Part shown: piece after piece, positions 56,831 through 64,000 of the stretch | Layout: each line of letters opens with the position of its first letter | Position numbering within the stretch: position 1 is the stretch's first letter | Program-made: the position numbers and the translations under genes | Notes under the pieces: generated by a model | Database searches by the model: none | The model's input: only the letters and a program-made list of their open reading frames with translations | What the model was told of the DNA's origin: nothing | Assembly (NCBI GenBank): GCA_013416795.1 | Contig: RQSC01000062.1 | Coordinates: forward strand, 13,117 to 77,116 | Length of the DNA stretch: 64,000 nucleotides | Reading direction: 5' to 3' | Source of the DNA: Prasinococcaceae sp. CCMP 1430 | Lineage: Eukaryota > Plantae > Prasinodermophyta

Positions 56831-58027
56831 TCAGAGTGCCCTCTCGAGCACCATGGCGGACGCGCCGCCGCCACCATTGCAGATCGCCGCGCAGCCCTTC
56901 ATGCCGCCCCTGGCCTTGAGCGCGGAGATCAGCGTGATGAGAATGCGCGCGCCCGAGCAGCCGATGGGGTGACCGAGCGCGACGGCGCCGCCTAGCACGT
57001 TGACCTCGTCCGCACCGAGCCCGAGGATCTTCCTGTTGGCGAGGTCCACCACCGAGAACGCCTCATTGAACTCCCACAGGTCGATGTCGGACGTGGACAT
57101 GCCGGCCATTTTGAGCGCCTTGGGCGCAGCGAGCGCGGGCGCGGTGGTGAACTTGATGGGGTCCTGTGCGGCGTCGCCCCAGCCGCGAATGCGAGCGAGC
57201 ACGGGCAGGCCGAGCTCGGATGCCTTCTTCTCCGACGCGAGCACGAGCGCCGCGGCGCCATCCGTGATGGAGCTGGCGTTCCCAGCGGTCACTGTGCCAT
57301 CCTTTTTGAAGACGGTGCGCAGCGAGCGCAGCTTGTCCTCGTTGAGCTTGCTGACCTGGTCGTCGGTGGTCACCGTGACCTTGGGCTTGCCGCGGCCGAC
57401 CTCAACCTCGACGGGCACAATCTCGTCGTCGAACGCGCCCGAGGCGTACGCCGCCTTGGCGCGCGCGTACGACTCGAGCGCGTGCGCGTCCTGCGCGTCA
57501 CGGCTGAGACTGTACTCGTCGGCGCACGCCTCGGCGCACACGCCCATGTGGTGGTCGCCGTAAGGGTCCCACAGGCCGTCGACGATCATGCCGTCGATGA
57601 TCTCGCCGTGGCCCATGCGGTAGCCGCCGCGCGCCTTGGGCAGGTAGTACGGCGCGTTCGTCATGGACTCCATTCCGCCACTCACCACGATCTCGTTTGT
57701 GCCACACAGGATCGACTGTGCCGCGAAGATGGTGGCCTTCATACCGGACGCGCACACCTTGTTCACGGTCGTGCATGGCACATTGGTGGGCAGCCCCGCG
57801 CCGAGCGCCGCTTGCTTGGCGGGCGCCTGACCGATGTTCGCTGAGAGCACGTTCCCCATGAAGACCTCCTCGACGGCCTCGGGCGCGATGCCCGCCCTTT
57901 TAATGGCCGCCTTGATGGCCAGCGCGCCGAGCTTGGGCGCCGAGAGGCTGCCCAGGCTGCCCTGCAGGCCGCCCATCGGCGTGCGCGCCACTCCGACGAT
58001 GCACACGGCAGCCTCCTTCGCCGCCAT
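56831..58027 (-). CDS. AACT: Acetyl-CoA C-acetyltransferase (acetoacetyl-CoA thiolase), cytosolic type
   Basis: gccgccATG at 58027. Motifs: VGVARTPMG, CTTVNKVCASGMKA, GGMESMTNAPY, AGNASSITDGAAA, NEAF, GHPIGCSGARI, CNGGGGASA. No evident targeting peptide. Confidence 0.96.
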   Translation of the reverse strand: MAAKEAAVCIVGVARTPMGGLQGSLGSLSAPKLGALAIKAAIKRAGIAPEAVEEVFMGNVLSANIGQAPAKQAALGAGLPTNVPCTTVNKVCASGMKATIFAAQSILCGTNEIVVSGGMESMTNAPYYLPKARGGYRMGHGEIIDGMIVDGLWDPYGDHHMGVCAEACADEYSLSRDAQDAHALESYARAKAAYASGAFDDEIVPVEVEVGRGKPKVTVTTDDQVSKLNEDKLRSLRTVFKKDGTVTAGNASSITDGAAALVLASEKKASELGLPVLARIRGWGDAAQDPIKFTTAPALAAPKALKMAGMSTSDIDLWEFNEAFSVVDLANRKILGLGADEVNVLGGAVALGHPIGCSGARILITLISALKARGGMKGCAAICNGGGGASAMVLERAL

Positions 58028-58479
58028 GGCGGCCCGCGCGCCGCCGCGGGCGGGCCTTCGCTCGGCCTCGAGGACGACGAGGCGCGGAGCACGGGCCGCC
58101 GCGCGCGCGTTTCTGCCGCGNACCTGCTGTACTGCGATGTGCAGCAGGTCCCCGGTGTGACTGGCTGACCTCGAAGTCCAATCTTTTTCCGAGCCTCGGC
58201 TGCAGCCTCGCCCCGTTTCTCTCCGCCCCCACCTCCGACTTTGCATCCGTTCCAGGCCTCGGCGGCGCGGCGCGGCCGCGCTGACGTGGCGCGCGCGGCC
58301 CGACCAGCCGGCCGCGGCTGGCCGGGCGCCCGCGGCAAAAGTTCCTTCGCGACGATACCACGGCCGCTGTCGAATTCGCGCGTTCGGAGGTCGCCGGCCC
58401 GCGGCGCCGATCGCCCCCAGACAGGCTGGGAAAAAGGCGCCAGAACGGCGCACGCGAAAAAAAAAAAATCTGCGAGGCG

Positions 58480-60147
58480 TTGCTGCGCGCGAACACCTCG
58501 CCGCTGCCTGCAGGCGTGCGCCTCCGCCCGTCCCCGCACCCCTTCCCCTCACCCCCCGCGCGCCTCGCCCATCCCCCGCGGGGCTCTCGTTCGGCCTCGC
58601 CGTCGCTGCTGCTCGCGGCGACCGCGCGGGCGCGGCCGCGGACGTGGCGGTGGCCGCGAGCGGCGGGAGGGAGGAGAGGGGAGCAGGGGGGAAGGCAGGC
58701 GGTGGCGATATTTCGGAGAGACGAAAACGCGCGCACGAGGGCGAGCGGGCGGCGTCAGACACCGCGCGCCGCGCGCGGCCCCGGCCACGAATACGAAGGT
58801 TCGGAGGTCAAGCTGGGCGGGCGCCAGCGGCTTGAGCGCGGGGGCGGCGCCGGCGCGGGCGGGGGCAGATCAGATGAGGGCGGCGCAGCAGAGGAAATTG
58901 AACCCGTGCCGCCGCCTCCTCTCGATGCGGAGGTGCGCCTCGAGCGGGGCGAGATCGAGCAGCTCGCGGCGATGGTCGCGCAGCGCCGGCGGCTGCTGGA
59001 CATGCGGCTCGCCGGTGCAGCAGAGGTGGACGGCAAGCCGCCGCAGCTGCGACAGCGCGTCGGGGCTGAGCCGCCGCTCTCGATGCAGGAGTGGGCAGTC
59101 AAGGCGGGGATCGAGGAGGCTGCGCTGCGTCGGGCGCTCGTCGACGGGCGCCACGCGCGTGAGCGGCTGCTGCAGAGCGTCTGGCCGATGACGCTCAGAC
59201 TGTCGCGGCACATGGCGCGACAGCTGCGGCTGCCGGGGGACGACGCGGTGGTCGCGGGGCTCGCGGGGGCGCTCATGGCGGTCGATCGCTACGATCCGAC
59301 GCGCGGCGCATCGCTCGCCACCTACACGACACCGTGGGTGCGCAAGTATGTGTACAGCGCGCACCTGGACCGGCGGCTGGTCGAAGTGCCGAACAATGCG
59401 CGGGCGGAGGCGCACTCGCTGCGCCGCGCACGTGACGCGCTGCTCTCGGATCGGCGGAAGCAAGTTTTGGACCGCGATGGCGGAGGCGAGGAGGAGAGGC
59501 TGAGCGCAATGATGGGGGAAGGTGATGAGGATGGAGGCGCCGGCGCGGACGCGCCGCTCGGAGATGTAGCAATCGAGGAGCTGTCAAAGCGCGCGTCTGT
59601 CTCGAGGAGGCGGGCTGAGCAGCTCGTGCCGATCATGGACCGCAGGTGGATGCGATCGCCAATCGACAGCAGCTACACCGTCGGGCTGGGTCACAGTGGC
59701 GGCGACTCGACGAACGACTACGGCCTCGTCGATCAGCCGGATCCGCGCGCTATTGACTCACGTGCTCTAGCGCGCGACGTGCGCAGCCTTGTGGACTCGT
59801 GTGAAGCTCTGAGCGTACGCGAGCGAGCCGTGCTGGCGTTGCGCTACAGGCTTGACGAGGACTCAGACTCCCCCGGTGGTATCGACAATCGCGGCACCAA
59901 CGAGCGCTCACGTGGTGACTGCGCCGCCCGCCTTGGCATCTCCATGCAGAAGCTGCGCAGCCTCGAGAAGAAGGCCCTCAGCAAGCTGCGAGAGAACCCG
60001 CAATACTTCGAGGAGTACGCAGCCGACCTTGGCTTCGGGCGCGCGGGCGTCGACGACGCGGAGGAGGGCTCCCTCGCGGCTCTGCTCGACGCCACGGACG
60101 ACCAATATAATAACGCCGGGGCGTCCGGCGACTACGAATTCTTGTAA
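58480..60147 (+). CDS. Divergent nucleus-encoded sigma-70-type (plastid) RNA polymerase sigma factor
   Basis: Region 2 (ARERLL..AVDRYDPTRGASLATYTTPWVR), region 3 (IEELSKRASVS), region 4 (LSVRERAVLALRYRL..LGISMQKLRSLEKKALSKLR). Transit-peptide-like N-terminus. The start codon is unresolved. Confidence 0.85.
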   Translation: MLRANTSPLPAGVRLRPSPHPFPSPPARLAHPPRGSRSASPSLLLAATARARPRTWRWPRAAGGRRGEQGGRQAVAIFRRDENARTRASGRRQTPRAARGPGHEYEGSEVKLGGRQRLERGGGAGAGGGRSDEGGAAEEIEPVPPPPLDAEVRLERGEIEQLAAMVAQRRRLLDMRLAGAAEVDGKPPQLRQRVGAEPPLSMQEWAVKAGIEEAALRRALVDGRHARERLLQSVWPMTLRLSRHMARQLRLPGDDAVVAGLAGALMAVDRYDPTRGASLATYTTPWVRKYVYSAHLDRRLVEVPNNARAEAHSLRRARDALLSDRRKQVLDRDGGGEEERLSAMMGEGDEDGGAGADAPLGDVAIEELSKRASVSRRRAEQLVPIMDRRWMRSPIDSSYTVGLGHSGGDSTNDYGLVDQPDPRAIDSRALARDVRSLVDSCEALSVRERAVLALRYRLDEDSDSPGGIDNRGTNERSRGDCAARLGISMQKLRSLEKKALSKLRENPQYFEEYAADLGFGRAGVDDAEEGSLAALLDATDDQYNNAGASGDYEFL

Positions 60148-60223
60148 TATTTTCGATGCTGGACTCTCCTGAGCGCGCACGCGAGAGGGCTGAGAGACAT
60201 ACAGAATACTTTACATCGGCACG

Positions 60224-61653
60224 CTACTTTTCAGCCCCAGCAGCAGCCGCAGCTCGTTGCTTCTCCAGCCTCCGACTCCTGACGCCGCACGCATTGCACA
60301 GCAGCAGCTCTTTCATGGTGGGGTGCCGTCGCCACATGGGCGTGTCCGTCGCGCCGCACCATGGGCACTCCGTCGGTCGAGTTGTGCCCGTGGAGCCCCG
60401 CCGCCTGCCTGCTCCTCTGCTGGTGCTGGCGTTCGCGCCAAGGTCACCCTTTGGGCTCGCAGACGCTTTTGACCTGCTTCGTGAGCCGGATGCCCTGGAC
60501 CTGCCAGTGGCACTGGCACCTGCGTTTCTTTGCCGCGCAGCTGGCGCCTGCTGCGCCTCGGTGGACACGCCGGATGGCGCCCGCGCCAAGGAACCAGCAG
60601 GCGCGCTGTTTCTTCTCGCCAGCCTCCGTGCCTGCGCCGCAATCACTGGCTGCAGCTCGCAGGAGGCATCCCGGGCGAGCGTGAGTAGCACACCCGCCGC
60701 ATCTGCGGCGTCGTGGGCTTCTTGCTCTTCTCCGACTCGGCCTTGCGCAGCCGTGCGGCCACCTTGCGCTCGAGCTATGTGTGCGCTCCCCGGTTTGGCA
60801 TCGCCAGCGCCGCGCCGCGCCATCGCGACGTCGCGCGCTATCGCTGGTCTGTGCGCGTCGCTGGCGCCGCTGGTCGAAGGCTTCGATTCGTCGGCCGGGC
60901 GCACGCTCGCGACCTGGGGCATCATCTCCGTGACCGAGAGCGCGGACGAGGGCCGCGCCCACCCGGCTGGCGGGCTGGGCACGTCCGCCTGCGTCCCAGC
61001 GCCTGCGCCTGACGCGGCCGCTGCCGGTGGCGACACCCCTGCGTTGAGCATGCGCGCGGCGTGCGGCTGCATCGCGGCCAGCCACGCCTGTAGTGCACTC
61101 TGGGTCTGCGCTCTCGCCGCAATCGCGGCCACCTGCTCCTGCGTGACAATGCTGCCCACCCCAGCCTCTGCGCCGAGGCTGGGCATGTGCGGCAGCACGC
61201 CGCTGGCGCTCATGCCATTGAAGGCTGCCGTGAGCGCGTCCGACAGCGCCGCGACCTGCGCCTCGCTTCCCGGATGGGGATGCGCCATGCCGTACGGCAA
61301 GAGGGCGCGCTCGCCCCACCCCGCGCCGGGGCTTGAGCTGAGCGACGAGCCGCTCAGCGACGGCGTTTGCGCGTCCGAATCCGAGACCGAGACAGGCGAG
61401 CACGACCGATACGGCTCCAGGTAGGGGTTGGGGGGGACGAGGGGCGTGTTGGGGGAGGCGTCGCTGCTGAGGCGCTCGACGGACAGCCGCCTCTTCTTGC
61501 CTGGCGAGCCCACTGCGAGATCGTCGGTGGCGCAGCCCTCATCGAACACGCGCGGCGCGCCCGGCACCGCGAGCGTGAGCGCCCCTGCGCTGCCGCTCGG
61601 AGCGCCGTTCCCGGAGGCGCCCCCGGCGGTGGCGGCGACCGCCGCTGCCGCGG
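60224..61653 (-). CDS. GATA-type zinc-finger transcription factor; 5' end lost in gap
   Basis: C-terminal finger CPWCGATDTPMWRR..LCNACG. The N-terminus is low-complexity, and the frame stays open up to the N run at 61654. Confidence 0.85.
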
Positions 61654-61926
61654 NNNNNNNNNNNNNNNNNNNNNNNNNNNNNNNNNNNNNNNNNNNNNNN
61701 NNNNNNNNNNNNNNNNNNNNNNNNNNNNNNNNNNNNNNNNNNNNNNNNNNNNNNNNNNNNNNNNNNNNNNNNNNNNNNNNNNNNNNNNNNNNNNNNNNNN
61801 NNNNNNNNNNNNNNNNNNNNNNNNNNNNNNNNNNNNNNNNNNNNNNNNNNNNNNNNNNNNNNNNNNNNNNNNNNNNNNNNNNNNNNNNNNNNNNNNNNNN
61901 NNNNNNNNNNNNNNNNNNNNNNNNNN
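61654..61926. other. Assembly gap (273 N)
   Basis: Run of N in the sequence. Confidence 1.
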
Positions 61927-62595
61927 CCCGCGGCGGCGGCGCGCGGCCTCAGCAGCAGCAACCGATCGCCGATCGGAGGCGCGCGCGCGCGCGCGCGCGC
62001 GCGCGGCGGTCAGAGCGCGCGCGCACTTTTCGGACTTTTTGCCTTCCGCGTCTCGCGGGGGTTTGAAAACGCGGACGCTCGGAGCGCGCCGGCCTCGTCA
62101 ACAAAAGCCAGCAGCCGCGGGGTGTGCGCTCGGGATGAAGCTCACCCTCGGATTCCCGGTCAAGGCGAAGCAATCCAGATCCAGATCCTCCGGTATCGAA
62201 ACCAAGTAGATTGATACGCGTTTGTTGGATTTCGCGGAAATGTCGGCTTTCCGCGAACTTTCGCGGAATGCGACGGGGGCACGCGCCGCGCCGGCGTTTC
62301 CGTGACCGTTTCGGTTCGGTTGACGGCGGGGGACCGTTACGCTGCGCCGCGGCGCGGCGAGCGCGGCGGGAAAGGGCGAAAAAAAGGCGACGCGCGGGGG
62401 TCGGAAAAAGGTCTGCTGCGCACCTCGCGCCTCGCGAACACGGATAAAACCCTTTAAGGGCCCACCATACCCAAAAAAATCGCGCGTCGCCCCAAACTGC
62501 GTGCGCAGCGCTGGCACAGCGCTCGCGGCGCGGCGGCGCGCCCGCGCCGATGACGCCGCATCGCCGGCCTCGCGGCGCGCCTCGAGCGCGCGGCG

Positions 62596-63390
62596 ATGGC
62601 GCCGCGCGCCGCGTTCGCGGCGCTGCCGGAGCGCGCGCAGCTGGCCGCGGCCTACCGCCTGTGCGAGAGGTGGGGCTTCCACGAGGGGGTGTGCAACCAC
62701 CTCACGCTCGAGGAGGCGGGCGGTGCGGGCGGGAGGTCCATGCTCGTCGTGCCCCACGGGCTCATGTGGTGCGAGGTGCGCGCGAGCGACCTCCTGAGCG
62801 TGGGTGTTGAGGTGGGTGAGACGCACATGGTGCGCTCGGGCGGGCGAGCGGGCTTCCAGACGGTCGAGCCCTCGGCCGCGGCCATCCACGGCGCGTGCCA
62901 CCGCCTCCTCGGCGACGCGGCACGCTGCGTGCTCCACACTCACGTGCTGAGTGCGACGGCCCTCTCGTGCCTCGCCGAGGGCGATGGAGACAAGATGTTT
63001 CGCCTGCCGATGTGCCACCAGAACTCGGCGCTGTTCTACCAAAAGATAGCGTACGACGACACCTACAACGCCGTCGCGAACTCCGACGCGGAGGGCGAGC
63101 GCCTCGCTCGGCTCCTGTCAGGTGGCAAGCGGGTCCTCATGATGGCAAACCATGGCGTGCTGGTCGTGGGCGAGAGCGTAGCCGTTGCGCTCGACGAACT
63201 GTACTACTTCGAGCGCGCGTGCGCGGTCACGCTCGCCGCTCTCAGCGCCAACCGACCCCTGCGCCCCATGTCGGACGACGCTGCCCGACGAGTGGCGGCG
63301 CCACGCGACGACGAGAGGGAGCCGTACGCTCTGGCGCACTGCTCGGCGCTCCTCAGGGTGCACCTCGCTGGCACCGACTTCGCAGAGTGA
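62596..63390 (+). CDS. Class II aldolase/adducin-family metalloprotein
   Basis: Motifs: LAAAYRL..EGVCNHLT, VPHGLMWCEVRASDLL, IHGACH, CVLHTH, MANHGVLVVG..LYYFERAC. Intronless, 264 aa. Confidence 0.92.
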   Translation: MAPRAAFAALPERAQLAAAYRLCERWGFHEGVCNHLTLEEAGGAGGRSMLVVPHGLMWCEVRASDLLSVGVEVGETHMVRSGGRAGFQTVEPSAAAIHGACHRLLGDAARCVLHTHVLSATALSCLAEGDGDKMFRLPMCHQNSALFYQKIAYDDTYNAVANSDAEGERLARLLSGGKRVLMMANHGVLVVGESVAVALDELYYFERACAVTLAALSANRPLRPMSDDAARRVAAPRDDEREPYALAHCSALLRVHLAGTDFAE

Positions 63391-63566
63391 GTGGCGGGAG
63401 CGGCGGCACTGTAACATAGCAGATTCGATCGCGCCGCGCGCATGGAAGCACCATGAGTGGAGGAGGCTGGGTTTGTTATGTGTGAAGGGGCAATGGGGCA
63501 GAAAGCTGTGGCGTCGTCCCTCCGTCCGCGAGCGCCGTGCATGTGGGGAATGGGCAGCCGCACCGC

Positions 63567-64000
63567 TCAGCGCACGGGGACGATGTCTGGGGGGAGAGCG
63601 CGGAGGGTCAGCGGGGAAGCGAACAGCAGCGTGCGCCGATGGGTCCACCGCATGGCACGCACGCACGAGGCGCGATCAGAGCTCGGCGCGCCCCATGGCG
63701 CAGTCGCGGCGCAGCGCTCTCGTACCATCGATCTTCAGGATCATGCGCACGGTCTCCGACGCCAGCTGGAACGCCGAACTCGTCACCAGCAGCGGCTGCA
63801 GCACGTTGGCCTCCTTCATGTCGGTGATGGTACCCTTCCGCACGTTGATGCCATCGTACACCCCCCCGTTCGCGTGGCGGTTGCGCAGCTCGGTCACAAT
63901 GGTGATGGGATCCAGCCCCGCGTTCTCCGCCAGCGTGTACGGAATAACCTCCAGCGCCTGCGCGAACCCCCGAACGCAGTATGACGGCATCCCCTGGAGC
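63567..64000 (-). CDS. CCT4: T-complex protein 1 subunit delta, 3' end only
   Basis: [56 protein letters not shown]. Intron GTACGA..CAG 63725-63587 joins the last exon to give KIDDIVPVR*. Confidence 0.95.

Noticed and set aside
20780-58027. Sterol-pathway cluster (CYP710, thiolase, VPS13)
   Set aside because: CYP710 and the thiolase are about 35 kb apart with many unrelated genes between them, so there is no evidence of a biosynthetic cluster.
24066-60147. Bacterial origin or contamination suggested by secA, gatB, mraY and sigma-70
   Set aside because: secA and gatB contain spliceosomal introns and the genes have transit-peptide-like leaders. They are interspersed with eukaryote-specific genes (PRP40, NDR, Gemin5, CCT4) and show no operon structure.
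132-63725. Introner-like repetitive introns
   Set aside because: The roughly 20 introns I delineated show no obvious shared internal sequence or terminal repeats by eye, beyond donor, branch and acceptor consensus.
1-64000. CRISPR arrays, tRNA/rRNA, riboswitches, transposases, viral insertions
   Set aside because: I saw no regularly spaced repeat-spacer pattern, cloverleaf or rRNA signature, TPP-riboswitch core, transposase/RT motif, or sustained compositional island. A covariance-model search was not possible, so small ncRNAs could be missed.

Overview
This is GC-rich (roughly 65-70% by eye), gene-dense eukaryotic nuclear DNA. It has short spliceosomal introns (about 65-390 nt, donors mostly GTGCG/GTGAG/GTACG, branch points often GCTGAC). 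Nucleus-encoded plastid genes (SecA2, GatB, MraY, a sigma-70 factor, a lumen-type protein), CYP710 and TGTAA motifs at some 3' ends point to a green alga. An early-diverging prasinophyte/Prasinodermophyte type is my inference, not a determination. I can support about 26 genes or gene fragments: a lumenal tandem alpha/beta-barrel protein (5' partial), a beta-barrel-like protein, a ~5,200-aa five-exon VPS13, CYP710, SecA2, PRP40, a small secreted orphan, TMEM245, GatB, a UXT-type nucleotide-sugar transporter, TRF4/PAPD5, a GT31, a CaaX coiled-coil protein, Gemin5, a SET methyltransferase, a GNAT, MraY, an MSS51/MYND-type fragment, an Sfi1-like repeat fragment, an NDR kinase, an acetoacetyl-CoA thiolase, a divergent sigma factor, a GATA factor, a class II aldolase and CCT4 (5' partial). 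I found no rRNA, tRNA, CRISPR array or transposon. One 273-N gap and four single Ns appear to be assembly joins, and several truncate genes. The best leads are (1) a VPS13 with an apparent N-terminal membrane anchor and tandem C2 domains, (2) a sigma factor with substituted promoter-melting and -35 recognition residues, (3) centrin-binding-type Sfi1 repeats that could splice in frame onto the NDR kinase, and (4) four probably organelle-targeted genes with no in-frame AUG upstream of conserved coding sequence. I cannot demonstrate a new multi-gene system. All family assignments come from remembered motifs, not database searches.
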